In this document: one piece after another, positions 27,718 through 37,413 of the stretch
How the letters are laid out: every line of letters begins with the position of its first letter
How positions within the stretch are numbered: position 1 is the stretch's first letter
DNA from: Dehalococcoidia bacterium
Lineage (GTDB): Bacteria > Chloroflexota > Dehalococcoidia > Lucifugimonadales > QGNO01
Assembly: GCA_965261445.1 (NCBI GenBank)
Contig: CBDHCW010000010.1
Span: forward strand, 95,584-159,583
Reading direction: 5' to 3'
DNA length: 64,000 nt
Translations under genes and position numbers: made by a program
Notes under the pieces: model-generated
Database searches by the model: none
Seen by the model: only the letters and a program-made list of their open reading frames with translations
Told to the model about the DNA's origin: nothing

Positions 27718-28704
27718 CTATTCTTGCCCTCTCAGCCACCGCGAGGCATCCTTGGCGTGATATGTCAGAATAACGTCCGCGCCGGCGCGCTTGATAGAGG
27801 TTAGGATCTCCAGGGTGATCCGCTTTTCATCCAGCCAGCCGGCGGCGGAAGCCGCTTTGACCATGGCGTACTCGCCGCTGACGTTGTATGCCGCCAGCGG
27901 ATGCTGGAACCGTCCCCTGGCTCTATTCAGCACATCCAGGTAAGCCAGAGCGGGCTTCACCATAACCATGTCAGCGCCTTCACTGATGTCCTGCTCTATT
28001 TCTCGCAGCGCCATGCGGGCGTTTGCCGGGTCCATCTGGTAACCCCGCCTGTCTCCAAACTGCGGCGCGGAGCCAGCCGCTTCCCGGAAGGGGCCGTAGA
28101 AGGCAGAGGCGAACTTGGACGCGTAGGCCAGGATTGGTATCTCTGAATGGCCGCTTTGATCTAATGCGGTCCGGATAGCCTTGACCTGGCCGTCCATCAT
28201 GGCGGAAGGAGCCACCATGTCCGCACCAGCATCCGCGTGGGAAAGAGCTGCGCTCGCCAGCAGGTCCAGGGTCTTGTCGTTGTCCACCGTCCCATCGCCG
28301 CCTATGATGCCGCAATGTCCGTGATCCGTGTACTCGCAAAGGCAAACGTCCGTGATCACAAAGAGCCGCGGCGCCGTCTGCTTGATCATCTTCACCGCTT
28401 CCTGCACAATTCCCTGCGGGTCGTATGCCTCCGTGCCCGCTTCATCCTTGGAAGCGGGTATCCCGAACAGCATTACGCCTGATATGCCCATGTCCGCTAT
28501 TTCCGTGACTTCCGTCAGCAGCTGATCCAGCGAAAGCTGGTAGCAACCCGGCATAGACTCTATGGGGACCTTCACTTCACGCCCGTGGCAGACGAAGAGC
28601 GGATATATCAAATCCGACGGCGCCAGAGATGTCTCTCTGACCATTTCACGAACGGTCTCGTTTCTTCGCAGCCTTCTTAGCCTGAGCTGTGGGAACACAG
28701 CCAT
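27718..28704 (-). CDS. hemB: Porphobilinogen synthase
   Basis: DVCLCEYTDHGHCG, APSAMMDGQV, MVKPALAYLD, YNVSGEY. Confidence 0.97.
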   Translation of the reverse strand: MAVFPQLRLRRLRRNETVREMVRETSLAPSDLIYPLFVCHGREVKVPIESMPGCYQLSLDQLLTEVTEIADMGISGVMLFGIPASKDEAGTEAYDPQGIVQEAVKMIKQTAPRLFVITDVCLCEYTDHGHCGIIGGDGTVDNDKTLDLLASAALSHADAGADMVAPSAMMDGQVKAIRTALDQSGHSEIPILAYASKFASAFYGPFREAAGSAPQFGDRRGYQMDPANARMALREIEQDISEGADMVMVKPALAYLDVLNRARGRFQHPLAAYNVSGEYAMVKAASAAGWLDEKRITLEILTSIKRAGADVILTYHAKDASRWLRGQE

Positions 28705-28718
28705 ACTTCTCCTCCCTT

Positions 28719-30257
28719 CTACCCGGACTGGACCTGACTTAAAAAGTGCTCTTTTAGGGCTTCCACCAAACCGGCTATAGTGTACTCCCTGGCCTGGACG
28801 GCGACCTTCAAACCCAGTCCGGCGGCGGTTGCCGCGGTAACGGGTCCTATGCAGGCTATAGCAGGCTGTTGCAATAGTGAGATGTCTCCGCCCAGGATGG
28901 AGACCAAACTCAACACCGTGGAGGAGCTGGTAAAGGTAACGGCGTCCACAGCCCCTTGCTTCAACAGGGCAAGCGCTTCTTGTTTGGACTCCTCAGAGGC
29001 AAGGGTCTTGTAAGTGACGACGTGCTCCACTTCCGCGCCGAGCTTTTGCAGTCCCTCCACTAAGGCATTGCGTCCTTCCGCAGCCCTGGGCAGCAAGACG
29101 CGGTCACCCGGCTCTATGTGCTCCTGCAACGACTCCACCACAGACTCCGAAATATATTCCGAAGGCATGCGGTCGGCGTGGATGCCACGCCGGGCCAGCG
29201 ACTCCGCAGTGGCCGGACCAATGGCGGCGACCTTGACCCCAGCGAAGGCCCGCGAGTCCAGGCCGATCTCCTCGAGGGCACCCCAGAAGGCATCGACGCC
29301 GTTGACACTGGTGAAGACGACCCACTTATAGCTTGCCAAGCCCTGCGCGGCAAGCTTCAGAGGGGTGGCGTCATCGGGGGGGACGATCCTAATGCTGGGC
29401 AGCTCTATGACCTCCGCGCCTTCCCTGCTGAGCAGGTCGGCCGTGGCGCTGATCTGTGTCCGCGCCCTGGTGACCATTATCCGTTTCCCCGACAAAGGTC
29501 TGTTGTCGAACCAGCGGATCTCTGAGCGCAAAGCTACCGCGGGGCCGAATACGGCCACTATAGGAGGCTCCAATCCAGCCTCCCTACCAAGGTCTAGCAC
29601 GGTGTCCAACGTCCCTTCCACAACACGTTGACCGGGCCGGGTACCCCACTGTATCAAGGCGGCGGGAGTATCGACGGGCATGCCGTTTTCCTTCAACGTC
29701 CTGCCGATTCTGCCCAGGCTTTCCCAGCCCATGAGGAGCACCAGGGTACCACCACTCGCCGCCAACGCTTTCCAGTCTACGAGGGACTCTTCCTTGCCGG
29801 GGTCTTCGCTGCCGCTGACCACGGTAAAAGAGGAGGCCACCTCTCTATGGGTAACGGGGATGCCGGCGTAAGCCGGCACCGCGATGGCGGAGGTTATCCC
29901 CGGCACTACTTCAAAAGGTATGTCCGCGCCGGTCAGTGCCTGCGCCTCCTCGCCACCGCGTCCGAAGACAAAGGGGTCTCCGCCTTTGAGCCGTACCACG
30001 GTTTGCCCCAACCTGGCGCGGCGCACCACCTCGGCAGTGATTCCCTCCTGAGCATTGGACTCGCCGTGCGGCCATTTCCCCACGAAGATTACCTCTGCCC
30101 TGTCAGATGTAAAGCTGAGGATACGCTGATCAACCAGGCGATCGTAGAGCACGGCGTCCGCACTGCGCAGGAGTTCCAGCCCGCGCAGTGTAAGCAGACC
30201 AGGGTCTCCTGGGCCCGCTCCCACTAGATATACGGTGCCCGGCCGTGCAGCCTTCAT
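28719..30257 (-). CDS. cobA: Fused uroporphyrinogen-III C-methyltransferase / uroporphyrinogen-III synthase (CobA-HemD)
   Basis: LVGAGPGDPGLLT, RLKGGDPFVFGRGGEE; C-terminal FTSVNGV, IGPAT, FTSSSTV. Confidence 0.93.
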   Translation of the reverse strand: MKAARPGTVYLVGAGPGDPGLLTLRGLELLRSADAVLYDRLVDQRILSFTSDRAEVIFVGKWPHGESNAQEGITAEVVRRARLGQTVVRLKGGDPFVFGRGGEEAQALTGADIPFEVVPGITSAIAVPAYAGIPVTHREVASSFTVVSGSEDPGKEESLVDWKALAASGGTLVLLMGWESLGRIGRTLKENGMPVDTPAALIQWGTRPGQRVVEGTLDTVLDLGREAGLEPPIVAVFGPAVALRSEIRWFDNRPLSGKRIMVTRARTQISATADLLSREGAEVIELPSIRIVPPDDATPLKLAAQGLASYKWVVFTSVNGVDAFWGALEEIGLDSRAFAGVKVAAIGPATAESLARRGIHADRMPSEYISESVVESLQEHIEPGDRVLLPRAAEGRNALVEGLQKLGAEVEHVVTYKTLASEESKQEALALLKQGAVDAVTFTSSSTVLSLVSILGGDISLLQQPAIACIGPVTAATAAGLGLKVAVQAREYTIAGLVEALKEHFLSQVQSG

Positions 30258-31192
30258 CTGAAGCCACCAGCAGATTTCACCGCTTCGATAGCCCCGGTTG
30301 AGACGAGTTCTCGATACGCCTCGCGTGCCACGGCTTCCGGGTTTTCAGCGCTTCCAGACGCGGAGACTCTGAACAATTGCTTTCCAGAATTGTCGGCGGC
30401 AAGCATAGCTCTGAGGGTCAGGGTCTGAGCGTTGATCTCCGCATAAGCGCCGAAAGGAGCGGTGCATCCCGCACCGAGAAGGGACAATAGAGTCCGCTCT
30501 GCCCTCACACTCATTGCCGTATCTCGATCTTGTACCGGCTCCACCAGTTGTCTCATTGCTTCATCGTCAGACCTTATCTGGACCGCCAGCGCTCCCTGGC
30601 CGGGAGCGGGCAAGAACTGTTCCGGCTCAAACACCTGGGCGGCCTCTTTCTCTCTTTGCAGTCTGCGCAAGCCGGCCATTGCCAGTACCACACCGTCGTA
30701 TTCCTGGCCGGATGCCTTTTGAAGGCGGCTGGGGACGTTGCCCCGCATGGGCAGGACTTGAATATCCGGGCGGATGGCAAGCAACTGGGCGGACCGGCGC
30801 GGGCTCCCGGTACCTATACGGGCGCCCTGAGGCAGCTCCGCCAGGGGAAGGCGCCATCTGTTCACCAACGCGTCACGCGTGTCTTCACGGCGTATGACCG
30901 CTCCTATGCGTAGGCCATGGCTAATTGTGGATGGCAAGTCCTTCAAACTGTGTACCGCCAGGTCTATCTCTTGTCGCAGCAGGGCAGCCTCCAGCTCTTT
31001 AACGAACACGCCAACACCGATCTGAGGCACGGGTGTCCGGTCATCCAAGTCGCCGCCGGTGGAGATGGTGCGGATTTCCAAGGGCCTACCGGGGGCTGCA
31101 GACCGCAGCAATGCTAAGACCTCTTCCGTCTGCTTCAGGGCCAGTTCACTGGCGCGTGAGCCTGCAATTACGGGACCAAGTCTACTACTCAA
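30254..31192 (-). CDS. hemC: Hydroxymethylbilane synthase
   Basis: GSRASELALKQ, AVHSLKDLP, GTGSPRR, PAPGQGAL, LGAGC. Confidence 0.95.
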   Translation of the reverse strand: MSSRLGPVIAGSRASELALKQTEEVLALLRSAAPGRPLEIRTISTGGDLDDRTPVPQIGVGVFVKELEAALLRQEIDLAVHSLKDLPSTISHGLRIGAVIRREDTRDALVNRWRLPLAELPQGARIGTGSPRRSAQLLAIRPDIQVLPMRGNVPSRLQKASGQEYDGVVLAMAGLRRLQREKEAAQVFEPEQFLPAPGQGALAVQIRSDDEAMRQLVEPVQDRDTAMSVRAERTLLSLLGAGCTAPFGAYAEINAQTLTLRAMLAADNSGKQLFRVSASGSAENPEAVAREAYRELVSTGAIEAVKSAGGFR

Positions 31193-31214
31193 AGTTGCCT
31201 GCTCTGATCTATCT

Positions 31215-31889
31215 TCAATCTCCCACTCCTTGCGATGCGTGGGGCTGTTCCTCCAGCATTCTCAGCAGCCTCTCTCTTGCCTGCTCTGCCTGCCCGATCT
31301 GAAACATGGCCAGGAGCTCATCATCCATGCACTCCTGCCAGCGGTCGGGGTCCGGCCGTAGGCCTTTTGCCCGCACTTCAGCCCGCACGTCGGAGAGAAC
31401 GCCCACCATATCCGCCCACTGCAGGCACAGGCAGAGGTCGGGATCGGACATTCTCTCTCTGAGCCGACGAGCCAGCGCCGGACTGAGGCCTGCGGTTGAT
31501 ATGGCGCACTGCACTTCACCGTGCTGCCCTCTTCTAGCCACCGCGGGGGCTATGAAGCTGCACAGTTGAGGCCTATCTACCACGTTGAGCAAGATGCCAC
31601 GGCCATGGGCCTCTTGGGCAACCCTTGTGTACTCATCCTCATTGAGGTTCTCCGATACAACCAGGAACGCCCCTTCCAGGTCGCCTTGCCGGTATTCCCG
31701 GGACTTCCACTCTACGAGGCCGCGGCCGGCCAGGTCTTGAAGCACAACGGTGACCTCGGGGCTGATCAGGGTCACCCGCGCGCCGTGTTCCAAGAGCCCC
31801 TGCACTTTGCGCTCAGCCTCCCCTGCCCCGCCCACCACCACGCAGGAGCGTCCGTTCAAGTCTAGGTAAACTGGATAGTATGCCGGCAT
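31215..31889 (-). CDS. Precorrin-2 dehydrogenase / sirohydrochlorin ferrochelatase (CysG N-terminal / Met8-like)
   Basis: YYPVYLDL, VVGGAGEAERK, NVVDRPQLCSFIAP, AISTAGLSPALA. Confidence 0.88.
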   Translation of the reverse strand: MPAYYPVYLDLNGRSCVVVGGAGEAERKVQGLLEHGARVTLISPEVTVVLQDLAGRGLVEWKSREYRQGDLEGAFLVVSENLNEDEYTRVAQEAHGRGILLNVVDRPQLCSFIAPAVARRGQHGEVQCAISTAGLSPALARRLRERMSDPDLCLCLQWADMVGVLSDVRAEVRAKGLRPDPDRWQECMDDELLAMFQIGQAEQARERLLRMLEEQPHASQGVGD

Positions 31890-32057
31890 GGCCTCCCTTT
31901 ACTCCGTAACTCCTGAACCGGATAACTAACTTGCATCTTCTTATATTAGCGCTAACTGTAAAGTACATGGTAGCCTCCGGTCTCGCCCGCCTGGAAATTC
32001 CTCCCCATTGCCGCGTACTTCCTTGTATAATCACCCTAACCAACCAGCGATGAGATC

Positions 32058-33140
32058 ATGATAAAGCAAGACCGCTTGGTAAATACATTCTGCGACCTTG
32101 TGCAGATAGACAGCCCATCCGGAGAAGAGGAAGCAGTGGCCCAAGACCTCACGCGGCGTCTCAGCGGCCTCGGCTTCAGTGTAGAGCGAGACTCCTACGG
32201 CAATCTGATAGCCTCTGAACAAGGCGACGAGCCATTGCTGCTATCGGCTCACATGGACACCGTAGAGCCGGGCCGCGGCATAAAGCCACAGGTCCTGAAC
32301 GACCGCATCGTCTCCGACGGCACCACCATCCTCGGCGGCGATTGCAAAGCCGGTGTCGCCGCCATATTGGAAGCATTGGAGTCGCTCCAAGAGGACGGCA
32401 CGGACCGGGTCCCCGTACAGCTTGTCTTCACTCGCGAAGAAGAGCTCGGCCTGCTTGGCGCTCGCAATCTTGACGTATCGCTGGTCAAGGCCAGACGCGG
32501 CGTAGTCTTCGATGGCAACGGCCCGCCCACCATGGTGACCAGCGCCAGCTCCACCAACGTCGGCTTCACCGTAAACGTCACCGGCCGCGCCGCACACGCC
32601 GGCGTTGAGCCTGAGAAGGGGCTCTCCGCCATCCGCATCGCCGCCGAAATCATCACAGGCCTGCGCCAGGGCCGCATAGATGACGAGACCACTATCAACG
32701 TCGGCGTTGTCTCCGGCGGTTCCGTGCGCAACGCCGTTCCCGAAGAAGCCTCCTTCACCGGGGAGTTCCGCAGCCGCAACATAGAATCCTTGGAGTTGCT
32801 CCGTCGTGAGATCAGCGACGTCCTGGAGCAGGCGCGGGGCAAATATCCGGAGGCCGTCATAGAAGAGACCATGAACGTGAATTACGAGATGTGCAGGCTG
32901 GGCATGGACGACCCCATGCTGCGGAAGGTATCGCGCATCCTTGAAGGCCTGGGCAAAGTGCCGCAGGTTGTCCCCTCCGGCGGCGGCACGGACGGCAACG
33001 TATTCAACAAACACGGCATAGGCTGCGTTGTCGTTGGCATGTCCACCCGGGAGATGCATACCGTGAGAGAGTATGTGCCCATCGCTGACCTGAGCGATAC
33101 CGCCCGCTTCTGCCAGGCGTTGCTCCTGGACTGGGAGTAG
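32058..33140 (+). CDS. M20 family peptidase (peptidase T-like)
   Basis: SAHMDTV, LGGDCKAG, EEELGL, GRAAHAG, GGGTDGN, HTVRE. Confidence 0.88.
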   Translation: MIKQDRLVNTFCDLVQIDSPSGEEEAVAQDLTRRLSGLGFSVERDSYGNLIASEQGDEPLLLSAHMDTVEPGRGIKPQVLNDRIVSDGTTILGGDCKAGVAAILEALESLQEDGTDRVPVQLVFTREEELGLLGARNLDVSLVKARRGVVFDGNGPPTMVTSASSTNVGFTVNVTGRAAHAGVEPEKGLSAIRIAAEIITGLRQGRIDDETTINVGVVSGGSVRNAVPEEASFTGEFRSRNIESLELLRREISDVLEQARGKYPEAVIEETMNVNYEMCRLGMDDPMLRKVSRILEGLGKVPQVVPSGGGTDGNVFNKHGIGCVVVGMSTREMHTVREYVPIADLSDTARFCQALLLDWE

Positions 33141-33146
33141 ACGTGA

Positions 33147-33941
33147 ATGACCTTTGTTTGTCTCATTCACTGGAACCGGGATGAAGCGGCGGAGCGGGCA
33201 CAACTCATAGAAGCCGCCGGTTACCGGGTAGAGGTCCCATCCTTTAGTTTCAACTACCTGCGTCGCCTAGGAGACCACCCGCCGGTCGCCGTTGTGATAG
33301 ACCTGTCCCGCCTGCCCTCGCATGGCCGCGAGGTAGCAATGGCCCTGCGGCACCGCAAAAGCACCCGCGCCGTGCCCATCATTTTTGTTGACGGCCAGCC
33401 CGACAAAGTAGAGCGAATCAAGGAGCTTCTCCCTGATGCAGGGTACGCTACGTGGCAAGGCATAGGCGTCGCCATTCAAGAAGCCATCGAATCTCCTCCT
33501 ACCTACCCGGTGCGGCCCCGGACTATATTCGATGCTTATGCGGGTACTCCACTCTTCAAGAAGCTGGGCATCAAAGACGGTTCTCGCGTATCCCTTGTAG
33601 ACGCTCCTCAACAGTTTGAAACCAGGCTAGGCAACTTACCTGAAGGCGTTCTGCTGCAAAGGAACAAGAACGCCCATAGCGATCTGACCCTTTGGTTCGT
33701 CACTTCTAGCGAATATCTGCAAGACCACGTCCATTCCATGCGCCGCTTCATTGGGAAAGACGGGCTTTGGGTCATCTGGCCCAAGAAGACCTCAGGTATG
33801 CAAACGGATCTCAGCCAGGTGAACGTACGCAGGATAGGCATGGACGCCGGCCTGGTAGACTACAAGATAGCTTCTATAGATGAGACCTGGTCCGGTCTGC
33901 GATTCACAGTGAAGAAGCGGGAGAGAGCCGGTAAGGGCTAG
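33147..33941 (+). CDS. Receiver-like domain fused to DUF3052-like domain
   Basis: N-terminal VVIDL...VPIIFV; C-terminal YAGTPLFKKLGIK, LWVIWPKK, GLVDYKIASIDETWSGLRF. Confidence 0.6.
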   Translation: MTFVCLIHWNRDEAAERAQLIEAAGYRVEVPSFSFNYLRRLGDHPPVAVVIDLSRLPSHGREVAMALRHRKSTRAVPIIFVDGQPDKVERIKELLPDAGYATWQGIGVAIQEAIESPPTYPVRPRTIFDAYAGTPLFKKLGIKDGSRVSLVDAPQQFETRLGNLPEGVLLQRNKNAHSDLTLWFVTSSEYLQDHVHSMRRFIGKDGLWVIWPKKTSGMQTDLSQVNVRRIGMDAGLVDYKIASIDETWSGLRFTVKKRERAGKG

Positions 33942-34017
33942 TTCCAGCTAGCGTTGTCCTGGGCAGGCAACGTCTGCTATCATCCCCCCTGAGCAAGCCA
34001 GAAGCCGGAGGTGAAGC

Positions 34018-35397
34018 GTGGCTACCACCCAGACCTTTGAAGAAGCGGTCCAGGAGTTCATAGAGCTATCCAGAGAACTGGTTGGCAAAGAGACCGCGGA
34101 GAGCATGCCCCCCGCGCCGCCCGCGCCTTACGACCAGGACGGCCCCCCCTACGAAAACCCCATTCGCTTCGACCAGCGCAACATCCGAAACTACATGCGC
34201 ACCATTGGTGATGACAATCCCCTGTACAACGATCCGGAGTATGCCAGAGGCACGCGTTACGGCTGTCTCATTGCGCCGGGACCCATACTGTCTCAGATAA
34301 GGGGAATCACCGCTCATGGCGTACAGTACGGCGGTGAAGGTAAGAAGCGCAGGGAAGGTTATCCCGTGGCCAACTACTTCTCCGGCGCAGCTTGGGAGTT
34401 CTTCGATACGGTCAAGGTGGGTTCCAAGTTTCGTTCCTCCATGGTAACCAGGGATCTCTTCACCAAGCAGGGCTCGCGCGGCAACCTCATCTTCTTCATA
34501 TCGGAGCTGATGTACTGGGACTACCACGGCGACCTAGCCGGCAAGTGCTATGGAACGCTGATCATGGTCCCCATCGAGGCTATGGGAGCATCTCGCTCCA
34601 TGAACGTGGACAAGGTGGGCTCCCAGCTCCTCTACGAACGGGGCACCCAATCCTATTCCGCGGAAGACCTGCAGGCAATAGTAGAAGACATGGAACGGAT
34701 GCGCCCCTTGCGCCGTGGTGCTGAGACCCTCTACTGGGAAGACGTAGAGGTTGGCGAGAGGCTTGGCCCGGTTGTCGTCCCCCCCTGGACGCTCCAGGAC
34801 CTGGAGGCTCCCAACATGGTCGGCTCCTGCGTGCTCCATATCGCCAAGGGCGACCCCGGCGACGAACTGGCCTTTGAGCCTGTATTCAACCGATTCAAGA
34901 AGCGCGGTGAAGGCCACCACGTAACCCATCCCGCCACTCGCTGGCCATGGTCGGCCTCAGCCGAACACTCCGATCCACTGATGGCGGCTTTCCGCGCCCT
35001 GCCCGGCCCTTTCGATGGCGGTGTGCAGAGAACACAGATACCACACCGCCTCCTCAGCGACTGGATGGGGGACGAAGGCTTTGTACGGCGGCAGCAGACC
35101 GCTATCAGGAAGCCGGTATTCTACAGCGACACCACTTACTACACGGGCGAGGTGGTCAAGAAGTTCAAAGAGGTCCAGGAAGGCGAGCAAGGCCCGGGCG
35201 CTGTCCCCGGCAAGCGCGAGTATCACGCCGTGGGCATCCGACTAGAAGGCAAGAACCAGGTTGGCGAGGTCTCCACACCGGGTACCGCCTGCATCTACCT
35301 GCCCTCGCGCCAGGATGGGCCGGTGCAACTCCCCATACCCCACAAAGCCCGTCCCGACTTTGTTCCCTACGACGTCTTCTACCGCGACTGGTTCTAG
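34018..35397 (+). CDS. MaoC-like double hot-dog dehydratase family protein
   Basis: IGDDNPLYNDPEYARGTRYG.LIAP; LYWEDVEVGERL; LSDWMGDEG. Confidence 0.75.
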   Translation: MATTQTFEEAVQEFIELSRELVGKETAESMPPAPPAPYDQDGPPYENPIRFDQRNIRNYMRTIGDDNPLYNDPEYARGTRYGCLIAPGPILSQIRGITAHGVQYGGEGKKRREGYPVANYFSGAAWEFFDTVKVGSKFRSSMVTRDLFTKQGSRGNLIFFISELMYWDYHGDLAGKCYGTLIMVPIEAMGASRSMNVDKVGSQLLYERGTQSYSAEDLQAIVEDMERMRPLRRGAETLYWEDVEVGERLGPVVVPPWTLQDLEAPNMVGSCVLHIAKGDPGDELAFEPVFNRFKKRGEGHHVTHPATRWPWSASAEHSDPLMAAFRALPGPFDGGVQRTQIPHRLLSDWMGDEGFVRRQQTAIRKPVFYSDTTYYTGEVVKKFKEVQEGEQGPGAVPGKREYHAVGIRLEGKNQVGEVSTPGTACIYLPSRQDGPVQLPIPHKARPDFVPYDVFYRDWF

Positions 35398-35437
35398 GTT
35401 ACCTCTTCTCCGTCATCCTCGCACCCCATCTTCTCCG

Positions 35438-36448
35438 TCACTCCCGAGAAGTCGGGAGGGTGGATTCACATTTCAAGTGCAACACTCTATCCAAAAATAT
35501 CTCTGCCGGAGTCCTATAATCGAGACACTTGCGGGGGGTATTATTGTAGGCCTGAATCATTTGCGTAAACCGTTTTTGAGGCAACGCTGCCAAGTCCGTT
35601 TTGCGGGGCAGGGTCCGCCGCAGCCGACCGATGGCGTTCTCTACCCCACCCTTCTGCCAGGGAGAGTAAGTATCGCAGAAAAAGGTCTCTATACCCAGAT
35701 CGTGGAGTTTGTAATGGAGTGCGAACTCGGTCCCGTTGTCGAAGGTGACCGTCCGTCGCCATTCTGGGGGAAACTGACCCAACACTTGGGACATGGCGGC
35801 AGCGATGGGCCTGGATGCCTTGCCAGGGGGCCTTAGGGCTATGAGGATGCGGGAGTGGCGTTCGTGCATGGTAAGCACGGCATGGCCATAGGCCCTGAAC
35901 AGCATCAGGTCGGCCTCCCAGTGACCAGGAGTGCGGCGGTCAGCAGCGCTCTGCGGGCGCTCGGTGATGGGACGACGCTTAGCCATGAAGGAAGCAGGGC
36001 TGCCGCCTTTGTGGCCTCTCCAACCACGCTTGGACTTAGCTCGGGGCAGGTAGTGGCGCCAACTGTAGTCCTTCTTGCGAGCAATCTGGCCGTAGATGAA
36101 CCTGTAGATGCTCTCGTGGGAGATGACTGTACTGCCTGACTCCATAGCCATCCGTCCCGCCACCTGCTCCGGTGACCAGCCCTGCTTAAGCCCAGAGAGC
36201 ACCTTATCCCGCAGCGCCTCATCTCGCTCCAGTCGAGAACCACGCCAACGCCGGGCATGGGCTTGCTGGTTCGCATACCTGGGCTGGTATCCCTGAGTTC
36301 TTGAACCATTGCGCTTCAGCTCACGAGCCACTGTCGATGGCGAGCGATCCAGACTTGCCGCGATTTGGCTGACCGAGTATCCCGAGGCTTGTAGTCGGGC
36401 AATTTCACACCTCTCTTCAATGGTGACATGTCCATAACTTTTTCCCAT
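35438..36448 (-). CDS. IS30-family transposase
   Basis: HTH RSPSTVARELKRN, WSPEQVAG, GHWEADL, TFDNGTEF, PWQKGGVEN, NNTPRKCL. Confidence 0.95.
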   Translation of the reverse strand: MGKSYGHVTIEERCEIARLQASGYSVSQIAASLDRSPSTVARELKRNGSRTQGYQPRYANQQAHARRWRGSRLERDEALRDKVLSGLKQGWSPEQVAGRMAMESGSTVISHESIYRFIYGQIARKKDYSWRHYLPRAKSKRGWRGHKGGSPASFMAKRRPITERPQSAADRRTPGHWEADLMLFRAYGHAVLTMHERHSRILIALRPPGKASRPIAAAMSQVLGQFPPEWRRTVTFDNGTEFALHYKLHDLGIETFFCDTYSPWQKGGVENAIGRLRRTLPRKTDLAALPQKRFTQMIQAYNNTPRKCLDYRTPAEIFLDRVLHLKCESTLPTSRE

Positions 36449-36492
36449 GACAACACCTTAACCAAGTGTTGCACTTCGTTTGTGAGTTTAGG
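35459..36492 (-). mobile_element. IS30-family insertion sequence
   Basis: 27-bp imperfect terminal inverted repeats sharing TCACA....AAGTGCAACAC; flanking GAG duplication (35456-58, 36493-95). Confidence 0.85.
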
Positions 36493-36515
36493 GAGTCCAG
36501 GGGGGTGGCGCGGGA

Positions 36516-36595
36516 TGTCATGAGGAGCCGGTTAAACCCCGATTGCCCTAAAACCACTCCCGCCGACGAAGCATCTGCTGGATCAAGGGACGCCC
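36516..36595. repeat. ~80-bp dispersed repeat, copy 1
   Basis: TGTCATGAGGAGCCGGTTAAACCCCG...AAAACCACTCCCGCCGACGAAGCATCT...AAGGGACGCCC matches the reverse complement of 50792..50877. Confidence 0.8.
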
Positions 36596-36616
36596 CAACG
36601 CCACCCCTCCCACTCG

Positions 36617-37147
36617 TTAGGACACAATCAGCGAATGCAGGTTGTAATCCGTGAGCCTATCGTGTGCTCTCAAGGCAGCCAGCTCGATGAGCACGGCCAT
36701 ACCGGCCACCAAGCCTCCGCACCGCTCCACCAGTTTCGCCGTGGCCTGCATGGTGCCCCCGGTGGCCAAAACGTCGTCCACTATCAAGGCCCGCGACCCT
36801 TCCTTCAAAGCATCGCGATGCATCTCCAGGGTCTCCGAGCCGTATTCCAGGGCGTAATCGACTCTGTAAGTATGCCAGGGCAGCTTGCCGACCTTGCGTA
36901 CCGGGACAAGGCCCGTGCCCAACTCCATGGCCACGGGCGCCCCCAAAAGGTAACCCCTCGCCTCTATTGCCACCACAACGTCGATGCCTGCATCTTTGAA
37001 AGGGCCGCTGAGCGCCTTCACCGCCGTTCCCAGGGCATCGGGGTTCCCCACCAGCGGGGTGATGTCCTTGAATTGGATTCCCTTCTCCGGGAAATCCGGC
37101 ACGTTGCGGATGAAATCCTCCAGGTGCAGGTCCCCCTTCAATTTCAT
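36617..37147 (-). CDS. apt: Adenine phosphoribosyltransferase
   Basis: IRNVPDFPEKGIQFKDITP, EARGY, RKVGKLP, LEYG, VDDVLATGGT. Confidence 0.95.
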   Translation of the reverse strand: MKLKGDLHLEDFIRNVPDFPEKGIQFKDITPLVGNPDALGTAVKALSGPFKDAGIDVVVAIEARGYLLGAPVAMELGTGLVPVRKVGKLPWHTYRVDYALEYGSETLEMHRDALKEGSRALIVDDVLATGGTMQATAKLVERCGGLVAGMAVLIELAALRAHDRLTDYNLHSLIVS

Positions 37148-37272
37148 CACCTCCTCGTAAATCGCTGCCGAACGTTGCTGAATGCTCCTGTGGAAACAGT
37201 GCCGCCTCCTCAGTCGCCGCGCCCCCGGTACGCCGTTGGCAGTGGTCATGCTGAGCAGTGGTGCAGTGGTAT

Positions 37273-37349
<77 letters not shown>

Positions 37350-37413
37350 CAATAACCTAGCGATTATATCGCAATTACCCAAAGGCCGTAATCTGTCCGC
37401 GATGGTTGCTATC

